The notes beneath the pieces are model-generated. The model was not told the DNA's origin, searched no databases, and was given only the letters and a program-made list of their open reading frames with translations. Shown piece after piece: positions 27,804 to 37,403 of a stretch of DNA of 64,000 nucleotides (the first letter of the stretch is position 1; every line of letters starts with the position of its first letter). Origin of the DNA: an uncultured Aliarcobacter sp. (GTDB lineage: Bacteria; Campylobacterota; Campylobacteria; Campylobacterales; Arcobacteraceae); contig CAXXLV010000002.1 in assembly GCA_963664305.2 (NCBI GenBank), forward strand, positions 864,001 to 928,000, given 5' to 3'. The position numbers and the translations under genes were made by a program.

Positions 27804-28814
27804 TTATCTTACTGATACTTTATCTTTTATCGTATCTTTGATTTTATCTCCTATTTTTGCTCCAGTTGATTTTGCAACTTTTCCCATTTTTGTTGCCGAA
27901 AAACTTAAACCGCTGTATTTACTTACTGCTCCAATAATTGCCCCACCCGCTGATAAAGTACCTACACCACTTGTTAAACTACTTCCCTCGTTAGAACTTC
28001 CTATAATTTGATTAATGATATTTGGAATTTTAAATATTGCTATAGCTGTAAGAAGTTGTACGATAACTAAAGCAAAAATATACATAGCATTTTCTTGAAA
28101 ATCTGATTGAATGGCATGAGTTACATTAATTGTAAATTCAGAGGTTTGTACAGAAATCAAACCAAACAATAAAGTAAATGGAGCGTATAATGAAACAGAA
28201 ATATAAAGTTTACCCCATGAATAAAACATTGATTCACTTTTTTTCCATATTAAAAATGGCAATACAAAAGGCATAAGTGATAGAATTACATCAGATAAAA
28301 AAACTGAAAATATACTATTTAGAAGTGTAATTACTAGCAAAAAACTTCCAGACAATAAAACTATAATCCCATAAAAAAATGCTGAAATATTATTCCAACC
28401 ACTTTGATTAAATAAGTAAGTTGCTAATTGAGATATTGAACTTGAAATATTATCAATGATATTTTTTACTGTTGCAGAACTATTTGTATTAGATACAAAA
28501 TTATGAATAAGTTCAAGAAACATATCTCGTGGAGTATTTAATAAGCTTATTAGCAAGTTATAAATGTTTTGATTATAGATAACAGTTTTTACAAATGAGA
28601 TAACTACGATTAGCCATATCGCTCTATATGCAATATCTTCACTACTAAATCTTTTAAATGCAATCATAAATCCCAAATATACAATTGAAAGGGAAAATAC
28701 AATATTGAAAAAGCTATTATTAAATACTAGCTGAGAACTTTGATATAAACCAGTTTGAATATAATCAGTTCCATTTTGCAATATACTTGTTGCAATTTCA
28801 TATAACTTTGTCAT
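27804..28814 (-). CDS. VirB6/TrbL-family type IV secretion inner-membrane protein
   Basis: Multiple TM helices, PFVLPFLIW..MFYSW, KIPNIINQIIG, G/A-rich tail. Confidence 0.8.
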   Translation of the reverse strand: MTKLYEIATSILQNGTDYIQTGLYQSSQLVFNNSFFNIVFSLSIVYLGFMIAFKRFSSEDIAYRAIWLIVVISFVKTVIYNQNIYNLLISLLNTPRDMFLELIHNFVSNTNSSATVKNIIDNISSSISQLATYLFNQSGWNNISAFFYGIIVLLSGSFLLVITLLNSIFSVFLSDVILSLMPFVLPFLIWKKSESMFYSWGKLYISVSLYAPFTLLFGLISVQTSEFTINVTHAIQSDFQENAMYIFALVIVQLLTAIAIFKIPNIINQIIGSSNEGSSLTSGVGTLSAGGAIIGAVSKYSGLSFSATKMGKVAKSTGAKIGDKIKDTIKDKVSVR

Positions 28815-29077
28815 TTTTGATTCTCCATTTCTCTTAGTTCAGCTCTTATCTTTTCAAATTCTTCTTTTACACTAAAAGGTATTTTTATATTTTCTTTTAA
28901 ATTTATTAGCTCCTCTTCAAGTTCTACTCTACTACTTAATAAATAAGTAATATAAGCTGTTGAGTCTTTTAATAAGCTATCAGCTGTTAAATATAAACTA
29001 ACTAGATTATTTCTTTCACTTTCAACTTCTAACAATTTTGTTATCAATTGGTCTTTGCTTAGTTTTTGATAAGACAT
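28811..29077 (-). CDS. Hypothetical coiled-coil protein
   Basis: AAGGA RBS; 4-bp overlap with virB6. Confidence 0.7.
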   Translation of the reverse strand: MSYQKLSKDQLITKLLEVESERNNLVSLYLTADSLLKDSTAYITYLLSSRVELEEELINLKENIKIPFSVKEEFEKIRAELREMENQK

Positions 29078-29087
29078 AGTATTTCCT

Positions 29088-29678
29088 TTAAAATTCTATT
29101 TCATCTTGTTTAATTGCCCTAGGACTATTAATTAGTTGCTTTTTTCTTTTATTACCATCACTAGAAGTATAAAACTCACTATTTCTCCCTTTTATTTTAT
29201 TTTCTTGTTCCACTTGATACATTATTTGAAAATAATCTAAATTCGATAAGTCAGAGGGCATATTAATAGTATTATTATATGTAGCTAATTTCTCGGCGCC
29301 GATTTTTTCGGGTGCGAAAATTTCATATGCGGTAATAAATCTTATTTTATGGTCTTTTTGTATCTTTTTTATCTCGCCTATAAGAAAATTGATTTCTAGA
29401 TTTTCAGAATCAAAAAACCAAATCATCTTACAATTTCTAATAACTTGAACTCTAAATAGAAAAAAGTATTTTTCTAGTTCTTTTAGATACTTTCTAATCG
29501 TATCTCTATGTAAACCAGTATGTATTTCTAAACTAGACATACTTACCTCAAAATCATCACTATAACACTCAAATAAGGCTCCTAAACCTTTTGCTTGTAA
29601 TGATACTTTAGGATGAAATGCTAAATTATGATGTACTTGACCATACTGTCTTTCTTTCTTTTTAACACGAATCTTCAA
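29088..29678 (-). CDS. HTH replication-initiator-like protein
   Basis: VSLQAKGL...SDDFEVS...RDTIRKYLKELEK pattern typical of phage/IME replisome-organiser N-termini. Confidence 0.55.
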   Translation of the reverse strand: MKIRVKKKERQYGQVHHNLAFHPKVSLQAKGLGALFECYSDDFEVSMSSLEIHTGLHRDTIRKYLKELEKYFFLFRVQVIRNCKMIWFFDSENLEINFLIGEIKKIQKDHKIRFITAYEIFAPEKIGAEKLATYNNTINMPSDLSNLDYFQIMYQVEQENKIKGRNSEFYTSSDGNKRKKQLINSPRAIKQDEIEF

Positions 29679-29798
29679 AGATTAATCCTTGCATATTTTC
29701 AATAGTAAATAAGGACATACTGACTATAATGCAGTTGTCCAACACATTGGATAAGTCCACTTTTAAAAAAAGTTTTGGCGAACGATTAAAGGTGGACA

Positions 29799-30035
29799 CT
29801 AACTAACTTTAATTTGATTAGAATTCAAAAATTCGACTAGTTTTGTTTTCAAATAAAGCACTCTATTTTTTTCACCTTTGCCTACCTTGAGATATTCCAA
29901 AGCAACTTTTTGAGCTCTCCAATTTGACAATGTTGAACACGATAAACCTAAAAGACTTGCAACTTGTGATTGATTTAACACAGCTTGTTTTCTTTGCTCT
30001 GGTGGCAACATTGAATTTAATTCTTCTAATGTCAT
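29799..30035 (-). CDS. Excisionase/AlpA-like HTH DNA-binding protein
   Basis: LNQSQVASLLGLSCSTLSNWR...YLKVG...RVLY winged-HTH pattern. Confidence 0.8.
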   Translation of the reverse strand: MTLEELNSMLPPEQRKQAVLNQSQVASLLGLSCSTLSNWRAQKVALEYLKVGKGEKNRVLYLKTKLVEFLNSNQIKVS

Positions 30036-30051
30036 TTTTACTCCTCTATTT

Positions 30052-30144
30052 TTACTTATATAGTAATTTTAATATTTTAAAATACTATTTTTTTATTATA
30101 ATAGTATATATTGTATTTGTCAAGTTTTTTTACTATAATAGTAA
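30052..30144. promoter_or_regulatory. Divergent switch region: consensus leftward promoter plus three 15-bp operator-like boxes
   Basis: Minus strand TTGACA (30123-30118)-17 bp-TATAAT (30100-30095); boxes ttacttatatagtaa 30052, ttattataatagtat 30093, ttactataatagtaa 30130. Confidence 0.65.
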
Positions 30145-30197
30145 TTAAAATTAAATATATTAATTAATAATTTCAATATTAGTAAACGAGGAATTTA

Positions 30198-30767
30198 ATG
30201 AGAAAAGAAGTTACGGAACTAATGGGATTTGGTTCACAGAATACATATTATTCATGGAAAAAAGAAAATAGACCTATTATAAATCTTATTAATGAATATT
30301 TTTCAGAAGAAGATATAAGAGAATATTTAGAAACAGGACAAATTACAAAATTTAAAACAAATAATTTGTATCATAAATCTATAGAGAGAAAATTTAATAT
30401 ATTACTAGAAGAGATTGAAGAGACTTTAGATTTTGAAGGAATTCACTTATTATTTAATTTTTTAGATAAATATAAACTAGATTTACTAAATAACATTAAT
30501 TCCTTCAATCCATTATTGAATTTAGGTAGAGTACCTAGATATAATGTTTTTTTACTTAAAAAATTAATGGAATACAAAGAAGAAAAAAATATAAAAGAAT
30601 TAGATTTAGAAGAAGACTTTGCACAATTCTCAATATATCTTATAGAAATACCTTATGATTTAAAACTATTTATTTATCAATCATTTTATACTGACTTTAA
30701 ATATATTAAATCAAAAGAATTAAAAATAATATATCAAGAATTCAAAAATAGTAATCTCTTTAAATAA
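30198..30767 (+). CDS. Putative repressor of the element (N-terminal HTH-like)
   Basis: VTELMGFGSQNTYYSWKKENRPII; divergent from excisionase. Confidence 0.55.
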   Translation: MRKEVTELMGFGSQNTYYSWKKENRPIINLINEYFSEEDIREYLETGQITKFKTNNLYHKSIERKFNILLEEIEETLDFEGIHLLFNFLDKYKLDLLNNINSFNPLLNLGRVPRYNVFLLKKLMEYKEEKNIKELDLEEDFAQFSIYLIEIPYDLKLFIYQSFYTDFKYIKSKELKIIYQEFKNSNLFK

Positions 30768-30878
30768 AAGAAAATGTTGGTATAAGTAAATTTATAAAAA
30801 TTGGTTTTATTTTATCTTTCTTTTTATAAAAACAACAAAATTTAATGAAGATATATTATTCCTCTTTGAATTTTACCA

Positions 30879-30899
30879 AAGGTGGGAAATAAGTGGGAA
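30879..30899 (+). repeat. Putative integrase arm-type binding site, right copy
   Basis: Identical to 9271-9291; 50 bp inside the right att core. Confidence 0.7.
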
Positions 30900-30950
30900 G
30901 TAGTAAATTTTAATAAAACTTAAAAAGCTTTAGAAAGCCCTTTAAATCAA

Positions 30951-31026
30951 TGGCGACCCCAGCAAGATTCGAACTTGCGTGTTCTGGAGGAAATCCAGAC
31001 GTCCTTGGCCTCTAGACGACAGGGTC
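30951..31026 (-). tRNA. tRNA-Glu (TTC), 76 nt with encoded CCA
   Basis: Folded by hand: GACCCTG/TGGGGTC acceptor, GTCT/GGAC D stem, TCTGG-ATTTCCT-CCAGA anticodon arm, GCAAG-TTCGAAT-CTTGC T arm. Confidence 0.92.
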
Positions 31027-31097
31027 AAAAAATAAGAGAGAGATTATAATTTAGTTTGAGTTTGTTTTTGCTTAAATAATATTATAAGATAATGATT

Positions 31098-31541
31098 TTA
31101 TCGTAATTTCTTAAATGTTTTTTTACCTAACTTTATAATCGTTGAAGCTGTAGTTTCATAAAAACCTCTTTTATCTTCAACTATAACTTCTGCACCACTT
31201 ATTGCAAATTCTCTGTCAAAATTTCTACCTGTTTTATTTGCAGATGTTGAATATAAAACACCAAATTTTGATATAAAACTATGAAAATCTGAACTTTTAT
31301 CTACAACACGAAATGACATACCATTTGGATAAATAAATGTTGTTTTTTTACTATTTCTAACTTTTTTTCTAAACTCTTTAGGAATTCTAGTATTTTTATT
31401 TAATGTTGAAAAAGAATCAACAGTATTGAGTATTTTTTTTGTAAGAGGTCTTTGCTTTAAAAGTGAAAGTTTCTCATCACTTGATGATGAGAAACCTACA
31501 GTTGTATCTGTTTGAACAAGATAAATTAAATCAGAGTTCAT
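31098..31541 (-). CDS. Sua5/YciO/YrdC-family protein (short TsaC-like)
   Basis: QTDTTVGF and YSTSAN motifs. Confidence 0.8.
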   Translation of the reverse strand: MNSDLIYLVQTDTTVGFSSSSDEKLSLLKQRPLTKKILNTVDSFSTLNKNTRIPKEFRKKVRNSKKTTFIYPNGMSFRVVDKSSDFHSFISKFGVLYSTSANKTGRNFDREFAISGAEVIVEDKRGFYETTASTIIKLGKKTFKKLR

Positions 31542-31543
31542 TA

Positions 31544-34500
31544 TTAATCGTTTAAAAACTCTTGAATTGATTTTGGAGTTGAAACATCGTTTGTTTTTAA
31601 AACTTTAATTGCTTCAACAGCAGCATTTGCAGCAGCTACAGTTGTAAAATATGGAACATTCATTCTTAATACAGATCTTCTAATCTCTTTACCATCATCT
31701 TTTGATGATTCTTTAGCTTCACTTGTATTAATAGCCATTGAAATATCCCCATTAGTAAGTAAATCAATAATGTTTGGTCTTCCTTCACTAACTTTTAATA
31801 CTTTTTCACAATCTACGCCTGATTCAGCAATAATTTTATAAGTTCCACCTGTTGCAACGATTGTAAATCCATTTTCAGTTAGACCTTTTGCAATACTTGG
31901 AGCAAACTCTTTATCTAAATCACATAATGAAATAAATACTTTTCCTTCTTTTGGAAGATTATTTTTAGCTGCACTTTGAGATTTAGCAAATGCCATACCA
32001 AAGTTATCAGAAATACCCATAACTTCACCAGTAGATTTCATTTCTGGACTTAAAAGTAAATCTGCACCATTTAATTTATTGAATGGGAAAACAGCTTCTT
32101 TTACTGCAACGTGATTTTTTAATTTTGGTTTTAATACACCATTATTTTCAGTAACAATATCTTTATCATATACTTTTAAAGCATCTCTTAAAGTTTCACC
32201 CCACATAACTCTAGTTGCAACTTTAGCAAGTGGCATTCCTGTTGCTTTTGATACAAATGGAACTGTTCTAGAAGCTCTTGGATTTACTTCAATTAGATAA
32301 ATTTGTCCTTTATGAATTGCATATTGAGTATTCATTAAACCTACAACACCAAGACCTAAAGCCATCTCTTTTGTTTTAGTTTCTAATTCTTTAATTAAAT
32401 CATCACTAATAGAAACAGGAGGTAATGAACAAGCAGAGTCACCTGAGTGAATTCCAGCCTCTTCAATATGTTGCATAATTCCACCAATATAAACTTCTTT
32501 TCCATCACAAATACAATCAACATCAAGCTCAATTGCTCTATCAAGGAATTTATCAATTAATACAGGTGCATCATTTGAAACAGAAACTGCTTCATCCATA
32601 TATTGTTTTAATTCATCAGTTGAATAAACAATTCTCATACCTCTTCCACCAAGAACGAATGAAGGACGAACTAGAACTGGATATCCAATCTTTTCAGCAA
32701 TTTCTATTGCTTCTTCAACTTCAACAGCTGTTCCATTATCTGGTTGTAATAATCCAATATTTTCAACAAATGCTGAGAATTTTTTTCTATCTTCTGCTAA
32801 ATCAATAACTTCAGCAGTTGTTCCAATGATTTTTGCTCCTGCTTTTGTTAAAGCATTTGCTAATTTTAATGGAGTTTGTCCACCAAAATGAACGATAACA
32901 CCATCTGGATTTTCTTTTTCAACAACACTTCTTACATGTTCAAAATCAATTGGTTCAAAGTATAAAATATCTGATGTATCATAATCTGTCGAAACTGTTT
33001 CAGGATTACAGTTATACATAATTGTTTTTACACCCATTTCATTTAAAGCAAATGATGCATGTACACAACAATAGTCAAACTCAATACCTTGTCCAATTCT
33101 ATTTGGTCCACCACCAATAATCATAACTTTTTTCTCGTCAGATTCAATTTTAGCTACTTTTGGTAATTTTGTAATATTTGTTGTAGAGTATAAATATGGT
33201 GTTAAAGCTTTAAATTCAGCCGCACAAGTATCAACTTCATTGTATTCAAAATCAACATCTAAAGCTTTTCTTGCAAGATAAACATCTTCTTCAGTTTTTC
33301 CAATTAATTTAGCAATCATTTTATCGCTAAATCCATTTGTTTTAATTTTTCTCATGAAAGTTGCATCAGTTAATATTGATTCATTAATTGATTTTTCTAA
33401 ATCATGAATTTCTCTAAATTTAGTTAAGAACCAAGGATCAATTTTTGATAATTCAAAAATATCTTCATTTGATAAACCTTGTCTCATACCTTCCATTAGA
33501 TATAAAAGTCTTTTATCATTTGGTCTTCTAATCTCTTTTTTAATAAAATCTAAATCTTTATCTTCAATTCTATCAAATCCAACAAGACCTGTTTCCATTG
33601 AACAAAGAGCTTTTTGAATAGATTCATTAAATGTTCTTCCAATTGCCATTGCTTCACCAACAGATTTCATAGAAGTTGTTAAAGTAGACTCTGCTTTAGG
33701 GAATTTTTCAAAAGTAAATCTTGGAACTTTAGTAACGATATAATCAATTACTGGCTCAAATGAAGCAGCAGTTCCAGTGATATCATTTGTAATTTCATCA
33801 AGTGTAAATCCTACAGCTAATAAAGTTGCTACTTTTGCAATTGGATAACCAGTTGCTTTTGATGCAAGTGCAGAAGATCTTGAAACTCTTGGGTTCATTT
33901 CAATTACAATCATTCTTCCAGTATTTGGACAAATTGAGAACTGAACATTTGAACCACCAGTGTCAACTCCAATTTCTCTTAAAATTGCAAAAGATGCATT
34001 TCTCATATCTTGATACTCTTTATCTGTAAGAGTAAGAGCAGGTGCGATTGTAATAGAGTCTCCTGTATGAACTCCCATTGGGTCTAAGTTTTCAATAGAA
34101 CATACGATAATACAGTTATCTTTATGGTCTCTGATAACTTCCATCTCATATTCTTTCCATCCAAGCATAGATTCCATAATTTCGATTTCATTAATAGGAG
34201 ATGCTTCTAAACCTGAAGCTGCTAGTTTTTTAAATTCATCCATGTTATAAGCAACACCAGAACCACCACCAGCAAGTGTAAATGAAGCTCTTGAAATTAC
34301 TGGAAATCCAATCTCTTTTACAACTTTGATAGCTTCTTCTAAATTATATGCATTTGCACTTTTTGGTAAATCCATACCAATTTTTTTCATTGCTTCATTA
34401 AAAAGATGTCTATCTTCACCTTTTTTAATAGCTGCAGGATTAGCTCCTAAAAAATGAATACCTTCTAACATACCTTTATCATACATTGAAGTTGCAACAT

Positions 34501-34789
34501 TAAGTGCAGTTTGTCCACCCATAGTTGGTAAAATAGCATCAATATTTTCTTTTTTAATTATTTTTGCAACAACTTCTTCTGTAATTGGTTCAATATATGT
34601 TTTATCAGCGAACTCAGGATCAGTCATAATCGTAGCTGGATTTGAATTTATTAAAACAACTCTATATCCAAGTTCTTTTAGCGTTTTAGTAGCTTGAGTT
34701 CCTGAATAATCGAACTCACACGCTTGACCAATTACAATTGGTCCAGAACCAATAAGTAAAATAGACTTTATATCTTCTCTTTTTGGCAT
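31544..34789 (-). CDS. carB: Carbamoyl-phosphate synthase large subunit
   Basis: [17 protein letters not shown], two ATP-grasp halves, [18 protein letters not shown]. Confidence 0.99.
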   Translation of the reverse strand: MPKREDIKSILLIGSGPIVIGQACEFDYSGTQATKTLKELGYRVVLINSNPATIMTDPEFADKTYIEPITEEVVAKIIKKENIDAILPTMGGQTALNVATSMYDKGMLEGIHFLGANPAAIKKGEDRHLFNEAMKKIGMDLPKSANAYNLEEAIKVVKEIGFPVISRASFTLAGGGSGVAYNMDEFKKLAASGLEASPINEIEIMESMLGWKEYEMEVIRDHKDNCIIVCSIENLDPMGVHTGDSITIAPALTLTDKEYQDMRNASFAILREIGVDTGGSNVQFSICPNTGRMIVIEMNPRVSRSSALASKATGYPIAKVATLLAVGFTLDEITNDITGTAASFEPVIDYIVTKVPRFTFEKFPKAESTLTTSMKSVGEAMAIGRTFNESIQKALCSMETGLVGFDRIEDKDLDFIKKEIRRPNDKRLLYLMEGMRQGLSNEDIFELSKIDPWFLTKFREIHDLEKSINESILTDATFMRKIKTNGFSDKMIAKLIGKTEEDVYLARKALDVDFEYNEVDTCAAEFKALTPYLYSTTNITKLPKVAKIESDEKKVMIIGGGPNRIGQGIEFDYCCVHASFALNEMGVKTIMYNCNPETVSTDYDTSDILYFEPIDFEHVRSVVEKENPDGVIVHFGGQTPLKLANALTKAGAKIIGTTAEVIDLAEDRKKFSAFVENIGLLQPDNGTAVEVEEAIEIAEKIGYPVLVRPSFVLGGRGMRIVYSTDELKQYMDEAVSVSNDAPVLIDKFLDRAIELDVDCICDGKEVYIGGIMQHIEEAGIHSGDSACSLPPVSISDDLIKELETKTKEMALGLGVVGLMNTQYAIHKGQIYLIEVNPRASRTVPFVSKATGMPLAKVATRVMWGETLRDALKVYDKDIVTENNGVLKPKLKNHVAVKEAVFPFNKLNGADLLLSPEMKSTGEVMGISDNFGMAFAKSQSAAKNNLPKEGKVFISLCDLDKEFAPSIAKGLTENGFTIVATGGTYKIIAESGVDCEKVLKVSEGRPNIIDLLTNGDISMAINTSEAKESSKDDGKEIRRSVLRMNVPYFTTVAAANAAVEAIKVLKTNDVSTPKSIQEFLND

Positions 34790-34862
34790 AAAAAATTCCC
34801 CATATCTTTTGTATAAAATTTGGATAGTGTATCTAAAAAGGGCTTAAGATTGGGTTATGCTG

Positions 34863-35489
34863 TTACTGTTTTGTAACTAAGAGTTTTATTGCCAAAATAA
34901 AAAATATTAAACTTGCAAGCTTGTTTAAAATAGTTTGAGAATTTTTTGATTTATTAAAAAAATAGGCTAACTTTTCTGAAAAAAAGGCAATTAACCCAAA
35001 AACTAATATTGCTGAAAATATAAATAATATCCCTAAAACTAGCATTTGAAGAGATAAATTTCCTGAATTTATATTTGTAAATTGTGGTAAAAATGCTAAA
35101 AAAAACAAAGATACTTTTGGATTTGTAATATTCATAAAAATCCCTTTTAAATAGAGTTTTTTATAATCTATTGAATTTGTTTCTTTTAAATTAATTTTTG
35201 AATTTGAGCTTTTAAATAGTTGCCAAGCAAGATATAAAAGATAAATCGCTCCTATGATTTTTAAAGTTGTAAAAGCAATTATTGAAGTTTGAAAAATCAC
35301 AGAAACTCCAATAACTACCATAAAAGTGTGAAATAACAACCCTGTACAAAGTCCTAAGATTATCATAAATCCAGCTTTTTTACCTTGCAATATTGATTGA
35401 GTTAATACAAATAGATTATCAGGTCCAGGAACAAGTGCAAGTAAAACTGAAGCTGAAAAAAAAGCTATTAAAGTCTGATAATCTAACAC
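34863..35489 (-). CDS. LysE/RhtB-family exporter
   Basis: PGPDN, GAIYLLYL, NITNPK motifs. Confidence 0.92.
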   Translation of the reverse strand: MLDYQTLIAFFSASVLLALVPGPDNLFVLTQSILQGKKAGFMIILGLCTGLLFHTFMVVIGVSVIFQTSIIAFTTLKIIGAIYLLYLAWQLFKSSNSKINLKETNSIDYKKLYLKGIFMNITNPKVSLFFLAFLPQFTNINSGNLSLQMLVLGILFIFSAILVFGLIAFFSEKLAYFFNKSKNSQTILNKLASLIFFILAIKLLVTKQ

Positions 35490-35493
35490 TTAC

Positions 35494-36177
35494 TTATGCT
35501 TTTGGAAGATTAAACTTTTTAGTATTTAAAATACCTTCATTATCAAAAGATAGATAATATAAAACATCTTTTTTAACTTCTAAACCAGCTAAATATCTTA
35601 AAGCTAAATTTGCTTGAAGTGAACCTATATGCATAACAATAGGACAAGCTATTCCGTTTGGTTTTCTATCATTTATTTGAAAAACTGCTTCATATGAGGC
35701 TTTTTCAAAAAAACAAACTTGACCATGAAACTCTTCAACACTTCCATAAATCCAAGGTTGATTTTTTTTCATGCAATATTCATTAATAGCAGCTCTTGTT
35801 GGAAGATTATCTGTTGCATCAATGATTAAATCAAATTCTAAATCTCTTTTTGCAAAATCATCAAAACTCTCTTTATAAGCTGTAACTTTAGTATATGGAC
35901 ATCTTGATTCAATTAATTCTTTTAAAACTTCAGCTTTATATTTTCCGTCATCCCCTACTTTAAAACCTATTTGTCTATGAATATTATGAACACCAACAGT
36001 ATCAAAATCTACAAATGTAAACTCTCCAATTCCAGATGCTCCAAGTGCAATCCCAAGAGTACATCCTAGACCTCCACTTCCAATAATTGCAATTTTTTTA
36101 TTTTGAAGTGAATTTTGTACCTCTTCTCCCCAAAGTTTTATTTGTCTATTAAAATATTCATTAAATTCATTTTGCAT
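35494..36177 (-). CDS. HesA/MoeB/ThiF-family adenylyltransferase
   Basis: RQIKLWG, GSGGLG, DFDTV..NIHRQ, DATDN. Confidence 0.9.
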   Translation of the reverse strand: MQNEFNEYFNRQIKLWGEEVQNSLQNKKIAIIGSGGLGCTLGIALGASGIGEFTFVDFDTVGVHNIHRQIGFKVGDDGKYKAEVLKELIESRCPYTKVTAYKESFDDFAKRDLEFDLIIDATDNLPTRAAINEYCMKKNQPWIYGSVEEFHGQVCFFEKASYEAVFQINDRKPNGIACPIVMHIGSLQANLALRYLAGLEVKKDVLYYLSFDNEGILNTKKFNLPKA

Positions 36178-36325
36178 AATTTATTCCTTAGTTTATTAGT
36201 AAAGATTATTATTTTTATATCGTTTTGTAATAATATCAAATTATAATTAAAATACTATGACTAAAATCAAGTATTACTAATCTATAATTGCATATTATAA
36301 AAAAGAAATCAATACAAGGCTACAA

Positions 36326-37120
36326 ATGAAAAAATTCTCAATTTTTTTATCATTATCTCTTTTAGCATTAAGTGCTAACTCTGCTTCTACTAATCCTCAA
36401 GATGATTATGAAAAATTAAAACAATCTATTGAGAAAAAATATGAAAAACAAACTCCTAAAGAATGGGGAGAAAATGTAAAAGGTGTAAAAACAAAATTAA
36501 ACACTAATAAAAAAGTTATTGCACTTACAATGGATGCTTGTGGAACTGAAGGTGGAATGGGATATGACAATCACTTAATTGCATATTTAGAAAAAGAAAA
36601 AATTCCAGCAACTCTATTTATAAATGGGAAATGGATAGATAAAAATTTAGAAAACTTTAAACATTTAGCATCAAATCCTCAATTTGAAATAGGAAATCAT
36701 GGGTATTTACATAAACCAGCTTCTGTTGAAGGAAAATCTGTTTATGGAATAAATGGAACAGCAAATATTTCAGAACTTGTTGACGAAATAGAATTAAATG
36801 CAAGAAAAATAGAAGAATTAACAAATAAAAGACCAAAATACTTCCGTTCTGGAACTGCATATTATGATGAAGTTGCAGTTAAAGTTGCAAACAGTTTAAA
36901 ACAAGAAGTTGTAGGTTTTTCTGTTTTAGGTGATGCAGGAGCAACTTATAGTGCTAAAAAAATTGAAAAAGCTTTTGAAAATGTAAAAGGTGGAGAAATT
37001 GGAATAATTCATTTTAATCATCCTGAATCTCATACAAGAGAAGGAATTATTAGAGTTATTAAAAAATTAAAAGCAGAAGGTTTTACATTTGTTAAATTAT
37101 CTGATTATTCTTTAAAATAA
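36326..37120 (+). CDS. Exported polysaccharide deacetylase
   Basis: Signal peptide, ALTMDAC, ATLF, NHGYLH, YFRSGT. Confidence 0.88.
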   Translation: MKKFSIFLSLSLLALSANSASTNPQDDYEKLKQSIEKKYEKQTPKEWGENVKGVKTKLNTNKKVIALTMDACGTEGGMGYDNHLIAYLEKEKIPATLFINGKWIDKNLENFKHLASNPQFEIGNHGYLHKPASVEGKSVYGINGTANISELVDEIELNARKIEELTNKRPKYFRSGTAYYDEVAVKVANSLKQEVVGFSVLGDAGATYSAKKIEKAFENVKGGEIGIIHFNHPESHTREGIIRVIKKLKAEGFTFVKLSDYSLK

Positions 37121-37125
37121 TCAGA

Positions 37126-37314
37126 CTAATTTTTATTTTCAACAGAGAAGATAAGCTTAGCTTCATCAAGAAGTTTTTGAGCTTCTTCTAACTCTTTTAT
37201 ACCTGTTTTATATAATTTAATTGAATCGCTAAGTGTTATTTGTGGATTTGATAATTTTTCTAATAGTTCTTTTGCTTTTAAAACTTTTTCTTCAAAACTA
37301 ATCTCTTCATTCAT
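37126..37314 (-). CDS. xseB: Exodeoxyribonuclease VII small subunit
   Basis: SFEEK...LEKL...ITLSDSIKLYKTG...LDEAKL. Confidence 0.88.
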   Translation of the reverse strand: MNEEISFEEKVLKAKELLEKLSNPQITLSDSIKLYKTGIKELEEAQKLLDEAKLIFSVENKN

Positions 37315-37403
37315 ATAATGTCCTCATTATTGTTTATATAAGTCTCTATTATATCAATAATTAATAAAAGAACATGTAAACTAAAAAAAACATTGGTGTT
37401 AAC

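Larger units (their letters stand above)
9102..30996. mobile_element. tRNA-Glu-integrated integrative (mobilizable) element / defence island, ~21.9 kb
   Basis: Flanking 47-bp direct repeats, tyrosine integrase at left end, excisionase/repressor/rep/VirB6/VirB5/relaxase at right end, defence-type cargo between. Confidence 0.95.

Noticed and set aside
9102..30996. Prophage interpretation of the island
   Set aside because: No capsid, terminase, portal, tail or lysis genes; relaxase and VirB5/VirB6 point to a mobilizable element
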